Positions 44,857-59,466 of a stretch of DNA of 64,000 bases are shown here, one piece after another. Under the pieces are notes generated by a model, which saw nothing but the letters and a program-made list of their open reading frames with translations, was not told the origin of the DNA and searched no databases. The position numbers and the translations under genes are program-made. The DNA lies in the NCBI GenBank assembly GCA_046597055.1, contig JBKJLC010000297.1, forward strand, positions 39,743 through 103,742. The letters run 5' to 3'. This DNA is from Kofleriaceae bacterium (GTDB lineage: Bacteria > Myxococcota_A > Polyangia > Haliangiales > Haliangiaceae). Every line of letters starts with the position of its first letter. Position 1 is the stretch's first letter.

Positions 44857-45447
44857 GTGTCGACCCCGGAAGTGCGGTTCGTCGAGCTGTTCAAGAGCTG
44901 GTTGGTCTCGCTGCCTCACGATCTGAAGATCGCGTTCGAGGCGATGGATGACGAGAACCTCCCGCGTAGCTCGCGCGAGATCGCCGTGGGCGCGATCATG
45001 TATGTCGTATCCCCAAACGACTTCGTCCACGATCGGAACGAAGCCGTCTCCAGCTTCGCCGATGACGCAGTCCTGCTCCGCCTCGCCCTCCGGGCGGTGG
45101 TGGCCAAGAGCGGAGAGGATGGCGAAGCCTTCCGCGACCGCTTTCCCGAGCTGTTCGACAACCTCGACAGCGACATCGACCTGTGCCGGTCGATCATGGG
45201 TGATCTTCTGCCCTGGCTCGAGGCCAAGGTCGAAAATCTCCACACCCAGACCCACAAGGGCAAGAAGCTCAAGCTGTACCTCGACGACGTCGAGGCGCGT
45301 GAGAGCCTGTACGAGGACGGCCTTGGCTTCCGGACCGATTATCCTGTCGACGACAAGATCATCGGCGACAAGCTGAAGAAGGTCTCCACCGTCACGGACA
45401 TGATGAAGCGGCGCCGGGCGGAAGAGCTCACGCGCGCCGTCAGCTGA
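44857..45447 (+). CDS. DUF1232/YkvA-like protein
   Basis: GAIMYVVSPNDFV...SFADDAVLLR; GTG start with purine-rich RBS. Confidence 0.7.
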   Translation: MSTPEVRFVELFKSWLVSLPHDLKIAFEAMDDENLPRSSREIAVGAIMYVVSPNDFVHDRNEAVSSFADDAVLLRLALRAVVAKSGEDGEAFRDRFPELFDNLDSDIDLCRSIMGDLLPWLEAKVENLHTQTHKGKKLKLYLDDVEARESLYEDGLGFRTDYPVDDKIIGDKLKKVSTVTDMMKRRRAEELTRAVS

Positions 45448-45466
45448 GGCCGGGCCGGGACCGCCG

Positions 45467-45580
45467 GCTCGGCGATCAGAGATCGACGAGCTCGACCTTC
45501 GACGGGCCCGGTGCGTTGCACCGGGCCTTGCTCAGGTTGCACGGACTTCGAGCTCGCCGATCAGAGATCGACGAGCTCGA
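45467..45580. repeat. 29-bp direct repeat (murI 3' end) flanking family-B REP-like element 45496-45544
   Basis: GCTCG(G/C)CGATCAGAGATCGACGAGCTCGA at 45467-45495 and 45552-45580, 28/29 identical. Confidence 0.8.
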
Positions 45581-46385
45581 AGCTCGTCACCGGCTCGCCC
45601 AGGAACCGGGGCGCCCACTCGTCGAGTCGCGACGTGTCAGTGGCGTACGTCTCGAGGCGGCCGACGTGGCTGCGCGGCGGCGGATCGCCGTGGACCGCGC
45701 CGGCCAGCGCGGCCGCGGCCGCCTCGGCCATGGCCGCGGCCGAGTCGACGATCGCGACGTCGTGGCCGGCGAGCTCGCGGGCGATCTCCGTGATCACCCC
45801 GCGCAGCAGCGGGTAATGGGTGCAGCCGAGCACCAGCGTGTCGATGGCCGGATCCCGGGCGAACAGCGCGCCCAGGTATCGGCGGACCACCGCGCGGGCG
45901 ATGTCGTCGTCGATCCAGCCCTCCTCGGCCAGCGGGACCAGGAGCGGGCAGGCCTGGGCCGTGATCACGGCCTGTGGCGATCGTGCGGTCAGGGCTCGCT
46001 CGTAGGCTCCGGACCGGATGGTCCCGAGGGTGCCGATCACGCCGATGTGGTGGCTCCGGGTCGATGACAGCGCTGCATCAGCACCCGGCTCGACCGCGCC
46101 GATCACCGGCACCTCGCTCGCGGCTCGCAAGGCCGGGAGTGCGTTGGCCGACGCAGTGTTGCAGGCGATCAGTACCAGCTTGACCTCCCGCGCGAGCAGG
46201 AAGCCTTGGCAGGTCAGCGAGTAGCGCTCGACGGTGCGGGCACTCTTGGATCCGTAAGGCACCCGCGCGGTATCGCCGAGGTACACGACATCCTCGCCGG
46301 GAAGTCGCGCACGAAGCGCACGCACGACCGTGAGCCCGCCTACGCCTGAATCGAACACACCGATAGGTCGCCGCGCTTGGCTCAT
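45561..46385 (-). CDS. murI: glutamate racemase
   Basis: [30 protein letters not shown]. Confidence 0.96.
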   Translation of the reverse strand: MSQARRPIGVFDSGVGGLTVVRALRARLPGEDVVYLGDTARVPYGSKSARTVERYSLTCQGFLLAREVKLVLIACNTASANALPALRAASEVPVIGAVEPGADAALSSTRSHHIGVIGTLGTIRSGAYERALTARSPQAVITAQACPLLVPLAEEGWIDDDIARAVVRRYLGALFARDPAIDTLVLGCTHYPLLRGVITEIARELAGHDVAIVDSAAAMAEAAAAALAGAVHGDPPPRSHVGRLETYATDTSRLDEWAPRFLGEPVTSFELVDL

Positions 46386-46502
46386 GTCAGCACGGGATAC
46401 AACGGACTGCCCACGCGACAGCGTCCACTGCCCGGAAACCGGACGGTGAGACGGTCTGGCGCAGCTGGCTGATCAATCTGCCAGGGCTGGGGAGTAGGAC
46501 GA

Positions 46503-46688
46503 CTACTTACGGCGGCGGAGCGACGCGGTCGTACGGGGCTGCCGCGCTGCGGCTTGCCGACCTTCGTAGATCCACAAAAGCTGTAAGAATGTGGCAGGCT
46601 TGTCACTCAGCTCGCGATAAAGCGCGCTGATGCCTGGGCACGTCTTCTCCGCCAACGGCAGGTGGCGAGTGGTGATACGGCCTTGCAC
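46503..46688 (-). CDS. possible small protein (61 aa)
   Basis: GTG-initiated frame ...CPGISALYRELSDKPATFLQLLWIYEG... in otherwise empty space; no clear RBS. Confidence 0.35.
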   Translation of the reverse strand: MQGRITTRHLPLAEKTCPGISALYRELSDKPATFLQLLWIYEGRQAAARQPRTTASLRRRK

Positions 46689-46782
46689 GTGACGCCGGGC
46701 TGAGCATGTCCTGTACCAAGCCGTCCGGGTCCGGGTCTTCTTGACGAAGGACACCCCGACCGGTACGTACCCTCGCTCCCTC

Positions 46783-48003
46783 ATGTCGTCGTCGTCGGCA
46801 GACGCCTCCGCGATTCTCCGGTACCCGCACAGCCCGGACACCGCGGCGCGGGTGCGTGCGTGGTCCGAGGCGAGCCCGATCCTGCTGGTCGACATCGCCG
46901 GAGCCATCGCCAGCGGCGGCGGCGAGTGGCCGGCCGAGGCGGTCACCGAGGCGGCCCAGGGCACGGTCGAGGGCCTGCGGACGGTCCCGCCCGCCGAGGT
47001 CCGGGTGGCGCTCGAGGCGATGCTGGTCGGCCGCGATGTCGACATCGCGCTCGAGTGGGTCCGCCAGATCGGGATGCTCGGCATCTTCTTCCCGGAGCTG
47101 GCCGCGACCGTCGACCTGGTCCAGGAGACCGGCCGTCAGCACAAGGATGTCTGGGCCCACACCAAGCAGGTCGTGAAGCAGGCGGTGCGCCGGCCGCTCC
47201 TGCGCTGGGCGGCCCTCCTGCACGACATCGGCAAGGTCCCGACCCGGACGTTCACCGACAAGGGCGTGCACTTCCACGGGCACGCCGAGGTCGGCGCGCG
47301 GATGTTCGACAAGGTCTCGCAGCGCCTGCCGTTCGACCGCGACCACCGCAAGACCATCCGGTTCCTGGTCAAGCACCACCTGCGCTCGAACCAGTACAGC
47401 GATCGCTGGACCGACAGCGCCGTGCGCCGGTTCCATCGCGAGATGGCGCCGCACCTGCGCGACCTGCTCGACCTGTCGCGCGCCGACATCACGTCCAAGC
47501 GGCCGGGCCGTCGCAAGCAGATCCTCGAGCAGATCTCGTCGCTGGCCGACCGCATGGACCGGCTGGCCGAGCTCGACGCCAAGCTGCCGCCGCTGCCGGG
47601 CGGGGTCGGCAGCGCGATCATGGACGCATTCCGGCTGACGCCGTCCAAGCTGATCGGCGACCTCAAGCGCCACCTGGAGCAGGCGGTCGAGACCGGGGCG
47701 CTCGAGCCGCGCCGCGAGGACGCGTACTACGTGGCCCACCTGGCTCGGGCTGGCCTGGTGCCCGGCTTCGATCCGGAGGAGGCGGCCCGCCTGGCCGCCG
47801 CCGGTGGGCTCGACGAGGGGGGTGCCCACGACGCCGACGCGCGCGAGGCCGCCGGCGACTACGACGACGCGCCGGCCGACGTCGCGCCGGTCGACGACGA
47901 CGGCGATCCCGCTCGACCGCGCGACGGCGTGCTGCCCTGCGGCGCGGATGGCGAGGCCGACGCCGCGCCCGGCGACGACGCGGGCCCGCCGCACGTGCAC
48001 TGA
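46783..48003 (+). CDS. HD-domain protein related to the C-terminal half of CCA-adding/poly(A) polymerases
   Basis: [42 protein letters not shown]; no nucleotidyltransferase head. Start approximate. Confidence 0.82.
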   Translation: MSSSSADASAILRYPHSPDTAARVRAWSEASPILLVDIAGAIASGGGEWPAEAVTEAAQGTVEGLRTVPPAEVRVALEAMLVGRDVDIALEWVRQIGMLGIFFPELAATVDLVQETGRQHKDVWAHTKQVVKQAVRRPLLRWAALLHDIGKVPTRTFTDKGVHFHGHAEVGARMFDKVSQRLPFDRDHRKTIRFLVKHHLRSNQYSDRWTDSAVRRFHREMAPHLRDLLDLSRADITSKRPGRRKQILEQISSLADRMDRLAELDAKLPPLPGGVGSAIMDAFRLTPSKLIGDLKRHLEQAVETGALEPRREDAYYVAHLARAGLVPGFDPEEAARLAAAGGLDEGGAHDADAREAAGDYDDAPADVAPVDDDGDPARPRDGVLPCGADGEADAAPGDDAGPPHVH

Positions 48004-48044
48004 CGCCCACCCGAGACGGACCGGACGCCACCGGCGCTGGGGCG

Positions 48045-48524
48045 TCAGCGCGCGATCGCGAGGCCGAGGCCGAGGCCGACCGCGAGCCGGGTGTCGTCGA
48101 CGCCGTCGATCACGAGGTATGCCCCGAGACCGGCGGTCAGCGCGACCGGCACCCGCTTGAGCGGCCACAGGTAGGCGGTGACCCCACCGCCAACCACCGG
48201 CGCGGTCGGCCAGGCCACGCCGGCATCCGCGTGCACCACCAGCTCGAGCGTCGGCCGCGCTGCGGCCGCTCGCATTGCCACGCCGATGGTGACCTGGCCC
48301 TCGTCGAGGAACGGATCGACCGTCGCCCGGCGCACCGCGGCGTAGACCCCGTACCGGCGGGTCAGGTACGCCACCGCCTCGGCCGCCACCCGGCGGCGCG
48401 AGCCGCCTCCGGTGAGCGCCAGATCGCCGCTGGCCCCGAGGGCGCCGATCGGCCCGACCGGCTCGGCCGCCGCGCTCGCCGGGGTCGCGACCACGACCAG
48501 GATCGTCACCGCCAGGGCTCTCAT
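48045..48524 (-). CDS. small exported beta-stranded protein
   Basis: Signal peptide; start overlaps the FlhA-like stop. Confidence 0.65.
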   Translation of the reverse strand: MRALAVTILVVVATPASAAAEPVGPIGALGASGDLALTGGGSRRRVAAEAVAYLTRRYGVYAAVRRATVDPFLDEGQVTIGVAMRAAAARPTLELVVHADAGVAWPTAPVVGGGVTAYLWPLKRVPVALTAGLGAYLVIDGVDDTRLAVGLGLGLAIAR

Positions 48525-50401
48525 CCGACGTCGATCCTTCCCTGCGCGCGCACGGTGACGCCCGCGCTCAGCTCGTGCGGCGCCACCACCGCGATGCCCG
48601 GCAACTCCGGATCCAGCACCGTCTTCAGGTGCCGGCGCACGTCACCCGACACCAGCACCACGCCACGCTCGCCGACCGCCTTGCGCACCGCGCGCACGAT
48701 GTCGCGCACCAGCTCGGGCTCGAGCGCGACGATCGCGCCGGCGTCGCGCGCGATCACCGCGCCGCGCACGGCGTCCTCGATCATCGGGTCCACCGTCCAC
48801 GCGGCGAGCTGCCCGCGCGGCGCGACCGCGCCGCTGATCGCCCGCTGCAGGTGGCCACGCGCGACCTCGGCCAGGGCGCCGGCATCGCGCCCGCCCCCGG
48901 CCGGCGCCTGGGCCAGGCCCTCGAGCACCGCGGCCAGGTCGCGCACCGACACCCCCTCACGGACCAGCCGGCGCAGCACCTCGACCAGCACCGGCAAGGG
49001 CGCGACCTTCGGCACCACCTCGCGCACCAAGGCCGCCTGGCCCGGACCCAGCTCGTCGAGCGCGGCCTGCACGCCGCTCGACCGGACCAGCTCGGACGCG
49101 TGGCGCCCCAGCGCGTCGTCGACCACCGCCCCCAGCTCCCGGGCCCGCGCCACCGGCAGCGGCACCCAGTCGACCGCGACGCCCCACAGGCGCAGCTCGA
49201 CCTCGCTGGCGACGACCGCCGCATCGCCGCGCAGGCGCACGCCGGGCGGCCGCACGCCGGTGCGCTCGAACAGCCGCTGGCGCGACGCCGCCAGCACCGC
49301 CTCGATGGCGTCGTCGCCGGCGAGCGCACGCGCGACCTCGGGCGCGACCGCGAGCTCGATGCCGTCGTCGACCGCCGCCAGCACCGCGCCGGCCCGCGCC
49401 ACCACGCCATCGCGGTCCTCGCCGGCCCGTCGCCGCGCCGCCGGCCGGGCCCGCGCCACCAGCCCGATCGCGCCGGAGACCGCCGCGAGCACGAGGAACG
49501 GCACCGCCGGCAGCCCCGGCACCAGGCCGAGCGCGACCAGCAGCACCGCCGCGGTCAGGAACGCCCGCGGCTCGGCGCCGAGCTGGGCCGCGATGTCGTC
49601 GCCGATCGCGCGCTCGCCGTCCGGCGACGCCACCCGGGTCACCACCAGCGCGGCCGCCAGCGCGACCAGCAGCGCCGGCAGCTGCACGACCAGGCCATCG
49701 CCGATCGACAGGATCGCGTAGGTCTCGACCGCGGTGCGGGCGTCCATCCCGCGCTCGGCCATGCCGATCGCCATGCCGCCAGCGAGGTTGACGACGACGA
49801 TCAGGATCGCCGCGATCGCGTCACCTTTCACGAACTTCATCGCGCCGTCGAGCGCGCCGTACAGCTGCGACTGCCGCTCGAGCGCGCCGCGCCGGCGGCC
49901 GGCCTCGGCCGCGTCGATCGCCCCGGCGCGCAGGTCGGCGTCGATCGCCAGCTGCTTGCCGGGCAGGCCGTCGAGGGCGAACCGCGCCGCGACCTCGGCG
50001 ACCCGCTCGGCGCCGCGCGCGATCACGAGGTACTGCACGATCGTGATGACGGCGAACACGACCAGCCCGACCACCAGGTCGCCCTGGGCGACGAAGTTAC
50101 CGAACGCCTCGACCACCGCGCCGCCGTCGGCCTCGGCCAGGATCCGCCGGGTGGTCGACACGTTGAGCCCGAGCCGGAACACCGTCGAGACCAGCAGCAC
50201 CGCCGGCAGCGTGGTCAGCCGCGCTGGCGACGACGCGTAGACCGCCGACAGCATGATGACGACCGCCGAGGTCAGGCTGAGCGCGAGCAGAAGGTCGATC
50301 GCGAACCTTGGCAGCGGCACCACCATCATCGCGACCACGCCGACCACCACGACCGCCAGGCCGAGATCGCCCCACCCGCGCCGGATCGAAGGACCTGTCA
50401 T
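48521..50401 (-). CDS. FlhA/SctV (LcrD) family type III export gate protein, divergent
   Basis: FRLGLNVSTTR, ERVAEVAARFALDGLPGKQLAIDADL, YGALDGAMKFVKGDAIA, LSIGDGLV, LVREGVSVRDL. Confidence 0.9.
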   Translation of the reverse strand: MTGPSIRRGWGDLGLAVVVVGVVAMMVVPLPRFAIDLLLALSLTSAVVIMLSAVYASSPARLTTLPAVLLVSTVFRLGLNVSTTRRILAEADGGAVVEAFGNFVAQGDLVVGLVVFAVITIVQYLVIARGAERVAEVAARFALDGLPGKQLAIDADLRAGAIDAAEAGRRRGALERQSQLYGALDGAMKFVKGDAIAAILIVVVNLAGGMAIGMAERGMDARTAVETYAILSIGDGLVVQLPALLVALAAALVVTRVASPDGERAIGDDIAAQLGAEPRAFLTAAVLLVALGLVPGLPAVPFLVLAAVSGAIGLVARARPAARRRAGEDRDGVVARAGAVLAAVDDGIELAVAPEVARALAGDDAIEAVLAASRQRLFERTGVRPPGVRLRGDAAVVASEVELRLWGVAVDWVPLPVARARELGAVVDDALGRHASELVRSSGVQAALDELGPGQAALVREVVPKVAPLPVLVEVLRRLVREGVSVRDLAAVLEGLAQAPAGGGRDAGALAEVARGHLQRAISGAVAPRGQLAAWTVDPMIEDAVRGAVIARDAGAIVALEPELVRDIVRAVRKAVGERGVVLVSGDVRRHLKTVLDPELPGIAVVAPHELSAGVTVRAQGRIDVG

Positions 50402-50462
50402 CGCGCGCGGTTATCGCCCATCGCCATGACACACGGCGCGCCGGGCCGGCGCGCCCGGCGGC

Positions 50463-51413
<951 letters not shown>

Positions 51414-51558
51414 GACGTGCGATCACGCCACACCCGGGCCGCGGGCGCAATGCCGGCCGGGCGCCGCCGAGGCTGCCGCGGCCGCCAACGCGCGGCCCGT
51501 GCGGGCCCGGCAAAGGTCCGTTCTTCGGCGGCACCGACTGCCATGCTACGCTCTGGCG

Positions 51559-52701
<1,143 letters not shown>

Positions 52702-52714
52702 CAGCGGCTGCGGG

Positions 52715-53236
52715 TCAGGCGCCCGGCTTGACTTCGAACCTCTTCAGCTTGGCGTTGATGCGGAGGTAGAGGTCGTCGGTCTTGCCGACCACCCAGCCCG
52801 GCATCTGCGGGTCGTCGGGCGTGAGCGGGAACGGCGCCGCGTAGCCGTCGCGCATCTGCTGCGCGCGCGGGATGACCTCGACCGCGTAGGCGCCGGCAGC
52901 CTCGGTCATGCGGACCTCGAAGCCGAGCATGATGCTGCCGTCCTGGCCGATCACGCCGCTGTCGCCCGCGGCCTTGTCCTCGTAGGTGCCGTCGGGCTCG
53001 TGCCAGCGCGCCTCGGTCGCGATCAGCCCGGCCGCGGCATCGGCCTGGCGGACCTTGTACTTGTCGGCGACCGCGTCGACCACCGCGCGGAAGACCACCG
53101 ACGGCTCGGCGCGGTAGGTGGCGGTCTTCGCCTGGTTGATCTGACCCGACGACGGCCCGCACCCGACGGTGCCGAGCGACAGCGCGGCGACGAACACCAG
53201 ACCCACGATCCCGAGACCCCGACGGAAGAGCAGCAT
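52715..53236 (-). CDS. putative lipoprotein
   Basis: Signal peptide with lipobox-like TVGC. Confidence 0.7.
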   Translation of the reverse strand: MLLFRRGLGIVGLVFVAALSLGTVGCGPSSGQINQAKTATYRAEPSVVFRAVVDAVADKYKVRQADAAAGLIATEARWHEPDGTYEDKAAGDSGVIGQDGSIMLGFEVRMTEAAGAYAVEVIPRAQQMRDGYAAPFPLTPDDPQMPGWVVGKTDDLYLRINAKLKRFEVKPGA

Positions 53237-53347
53237 GCCTCTGCGTACTGAACCGCGCCGGCGGAGTCAAATGTCGAATCCGGCAATCCCCGGCGCCGCC
53301 TTGACGTGCCATCACCCGAGGGTTCGTGCTACCTCGGAGGCGGTTCG

Positions 53348-54603
<1,256 letters not shown>

Positions 54604-54607
<4 letters not shown>

Positions 54608-55269
54608 CCGCCGACCCGCTGCGCCTGGCCCTGCCCAAGGGCCGGATCCTCGAGGAGGCCGCCGCGATCTTCGCGCGCGCCGGTTACGATCTCAGCCCGG
54701 TGTTCGGCGACAACCGCCGCCTGGTCCATGACTGCGGGCGGTTCCGGGTGCTGGTCCTGCGCAGCTCGGACGTGCCGACCTACGTGGCGCACGGCGCCGC
54801 CGACCTCGGCGTGTCGGGCTCCGACGTCCTCGACGAGGAGGGCCGCGACCTGTACGAGCCGATCGACCTCGGCATCGGGCGATGTCGCATGATCGTCGCC
54901 GAGCGGGCCGACGCCCGGCTCGACGACCGCTCGCCCATGCACGTCCGCTACGCGACCAAGTACCCGCGCACCACCCGCGAGTACCTGCGCCGCAAGGGCC
55001 TGACCGCCGAGGTCATCAAGCTGTCGGGCGCGATCGAGCTCGGGCCGCTCACCGGGCTGTGCGACCGGATCGTCGACATCACCCAGACCGGCGAGACCCT
55101 GCGCCAGAACGGGCTGATCGAGGTCGACCGGGTCGGCGAGGTGTCGAGCCGGCTGGTCGTCAACCCCGCGGCGATGAAGCTCGAGGCCGCCGCGATCGGC
55201 GAGCTCCTGGCCCACCTGGAGGCCGCCCTGGCGGCCCCGCAGGCGAGCATCGCCGCGCGAACGGTGTAA
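54604..55269 (+). CDS. hisG: ATP phosphoribosyltransferase, short form
   Basis: [32 protein letters not shown]; no C-terminal regulatory domain. Confidence 0.93.
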
Positions 55270-55283
55270 GCTCCGGCCGAATC

Positions 55284-55976
55284 GTGTCGAACGACTTGCG
55301 GGCATTCGTCGCCGAAGAGATCCGCCTGCATCCGCGGGTGGCGTACCAGGGCGTGTTCGCTGGGGAGTCGGCCGCCGCCCAGATCGCGGCCTCGCTGCCG
55401 CCGCTGCCGAGCTTCCGCCAAGAGTACGCGGGCGCGATCGCGATCGTCGACTGGGACCACAAGCTCCCGTCGGCCTCGCTCGCCCTGCGGATCTACGGCT
55501 TCTACAGCGACGAGACCCTCGAGGCCGGCATGGAGGCCTACGACGACCGCCTGGAGCAGATCGCCGAGCGCGACCGGTATCCGGAGTTCGACGTGCCCGA
55601 CTTCGATGCGCTCGCCGCCGACGAGGCCTACGAGATCGAGCTGTCGCCGGCGGGCATCGTCGGTCGATGCCGGCTGACCTCGGCGTGGCGCCGCACGATC
55701 GCCTCGGCCGACGCCGCGGCCTCGGTCGCCTTGGCATCGAAGAGCTCGGAATTTCAGAAGCTTCTCGCCTCGACCGGTCAGCGTCCGGCCTACCTGGGCG
55801 ACCTCGAGGCGGTGTCCTGGACGCCGCCGTGCGAGTCGCAGCATGCCCGCTGGACGCTCGACGTCTGGTACCTGCTCGCGTTCGACGGTCGGATCGGCTC
55901 GGGCCGCAGCTTCCTGGTCGATCTCGTCGATAACCAGCTCGTCACGACCCGCGACTTCTCGGTCCGCACCGGCTGA
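55284..55976 (+). CDS. hypothetical protein
   Basis: Protein-like frame with typical codon bias after hisG. Confidence 0.7.
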   Translation: MSNDLRAFVAEEIRLHPRVAYQGVFAGESAAAQIAASLPPLPSFRQEYAGAIAIVDWDHKLPSASLALRIYGFYSDETLEAGMEAYDDRLEQIAERDRYPEFDVPDFDALAADEAYEIELSPAGIVGRCRLTSAWRRTIASADAAASVALASKSSEFQKLLASTGQRPAYLGDLEAVSWTPPCESQHARWTLDVWYLLAFDGRIGSGRSFLVDLVDNQLVTTRDFSVRTG

Positions 55977-56002
55977 ACGAGGTGGCGCGGGCCGGCGCCG
56001 CC

Positions 56003-56395
56003 TCACAACGCGTCGTACGCCGGCCGCCAGAAGTCGCAGGCGGCGGCGCGGACACCGATCGCCGTCGACAGATCGGCGTCGATCATCAGCGCCGGGTCGG
56101 TGGAGGTCCACCGCGGCCAGGCCGGCGTGGTCGCCGGATCGCCGGTGCGCGCGAACCGGGTCCACGCATCCTGCATCGCGGCGGACACCGCGAGATCGGT
56201 CGCGGTCGGCGCGTACGGCTGGCCCTGGATCAGCAACGCCTCGAAGGTCCCGAACACGAACGGCACGTCGAGCCCGTGTACCGCGCCGCGCGGGCTCGGG
56301 TCGTCGTACTGGAAGAAGTAGCGGTAGACCGGCGCGGTCTGGCCGGCCTCGGCCGCCCGCGCGATCTCGCGCGACGGGCACACGAAGCGGAAATC
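56003..56395 (-). pseudogene. 3' remnant of a type-B carboxylesterase
   Basis: DFRFVCP...VYRYFF...GAVHGLDVPFVFG...WTRFARTGDP is the C-terminal part only; no GxSxG; begins right at the lipB stop. Confidence 0.75.
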
Positions 56396-56396
56396 C

Positions 56397-57087
56397 CTAC
56401 GCCAGCGCGCGGCCGAAACAGCTGGCCAGCTCGCTCGCCAGCCGGTGCTTGACGGCGGCCATCGCCAGGTCGGTGCCCGTGCCCAGCTCCGCCGCCATCG
56501 ACGTCATCACACCCGACTCGAAGCCGCACGGATTGATGCGGCCGAAGTAGTCGAGATCGGTGGCGACGTTGAGCGCGAGGCCGTGAAACGTGACCCAGCG
56601 CCGGCACGCGATCCCGAGCGAGCAGATCTTCTTGCGGCCACCGCGCCGTCCGTCGAGCCACACCCCGGTCGAGCCGGCCTCGCGCCCGGCCAGCAGCCCG
56701 AAGGTCGCGAGCGTCCGGATCACCGCCTCCTCGAGGTTGCGCAGGAACCGGTGCAAGTCGCGCTCGCCCTCGGCGAGCAGGAGGATCGGGTACCCGACCA
56801 GCTGGCCGGGGCCATGATAGGTCACGTCGCCGCCGCGCTCGACCTCGACGACCTCGACGCCGCCGGGCGCGAGCACGTTGGCGCCGGCCTCGCGCCGGCG
56901 GCCGAGCGTGATCACGTGCGGGTGCTCGACCAGGATCAGCGTGTCGAGGCCGGCGCCGCCCTTGCGCGCCTCGACCAGCGCGAGCTGCTCGGCCCACACC
57001 TCGCGGTAACCGGCCACGCCGAGGTCGACGACCCGCAGCGGCGGCAGGCCCGGCTCCGACCGCACCGGTGGCGCGCCCGCGGCGAGG

Positions 57088-57101
<14 letters not shown>
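56397..57101 (-). CDS. lipB: octanoyltransferase
   Basis: EHPHVITLG, RGGDVTYHGPGQLVGYP, KICSLG, HGLALN, INPCG. Confidence 0.95.
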
Positions 57102-58497
<1,396 letters not shown>

Positions 58498-58539
58498 CTG
58501 AGAAGTGTGACAACAAGGCACACGCAGGGCAACACCCAG

Positions 58540-58554
58540 GCAGCACTTTTGCCA
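58540..58554 (-). promoter_or_regulatory. candidate sigma-54 promoter
   Basis: Minus strand TGGCAAAAGTGCTGC fits GG-N10-GC, in an AT-richer region upstream of the EBP gene. Confidence 0.45.
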
Positions 58555-58715
58555 CGTTGCTGTAAAAGCATCAGCATTTCTGCCGGGTTTCGGGGCGATC
58601 CGCGGCGTACAGCGGGAAGAAGTGTCGCTGGCAGCGTCACCCCCTGGCCCGCCGGACTGACGGTTCCACCCGTCTCCGCCGGAGCCCGCGCCAGCCTCAG
58701 ATTGCTCGCGGCGAC

Positions 58716-59375
58716 TCAGGTTGGCAGGTCGACGCACCAGCGCAGCGCGCTGCGGGTCTCATCCCAGCCCCGTTCGTCGATCTCCAGGTACGGAACCTCG
58801 ACCGTGACGACCTCGAGGCCGCGGTCATGGCCGTACTTGGATCCGAACGATCCGGGCGTCGGGTACCCGATGTCGCCGCTCGCGGGATACCCGGCGAGCC
58901 GGCCCATCTCCTCCGCGAGCTCGCGGCCGCGGCCATCCCAGTTCATGACCTTGTAGGTCGCGTGCAGCGCGATCAGCCGCTCCGCCCCGGTGCGCTCGAT
59001 CAGCTCGACCAGCGCGCGCGTCTCGGGCTCCGACTCGGCGGTGGCGCCCGGGTGGTAGCCACCCGGATGGGTCGCGGTCCAGTTGGCCGAGGCGAAGTTG
59101 CGATTGAGGTCGACGTCGTGGGCGTTGTTCTTGGTGCCCGCGAGCAGCCCGTCGACGTTGACCGCCGGGATGATCCAGGTCTCGCGCCCCGGCGGCCGGT
59201 CGAGCAGCTCCTCGATCAGGCGCTGCGCCTGCACCGCGGTGACCGGCTCGTCGCCGTGCAGCGCGCCGAAGATCACCGCCGGCGGCCGGCGCTTGGCGTA
59301 CTTGGGCGGATGGAACACGATCGCCTCGATCGGACGACCGTTGACGGTGGTGCCGACGACGGCTTCCTTGCGCAC
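58716..59375 (-). CDS. mpaA: murein peptide amidase A-like M14 zinc carboxypeptidase
   Basis: HGDE, VNVDG, DLNRNF, SEPET, LIALH, GYPTPGSFG. Confidence 0.8.
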   Translation of the reverse strand: MRKEAVVGTTVNGRPIEAIVFHPPKYAKRRPPAVIFGALHGDEPVTAVQAQRLIEELLDRPPGRETWIIPAVNVDGLLAGTKNNAHDVDLNRNFASANWTATHPGGYHPGATAESEPETRALVELIERTGAERLIALHATYKVMNWDGRGRELAEEMGRLAGYPASGDIGYPTPGSFGSKYGHDRGLEVVTVEVPYLEIDERGWDETRSALRWCVDLPT

Positions 59376-59466
59376 GCCGGACCCTACCGCGGCCGTGGCC
59401 GTGATTCCTTCGAATCCCGGTCTCCCTTTCGCCCGGCCGCGGCCTGGATACCGCGACCGAGCCGGG

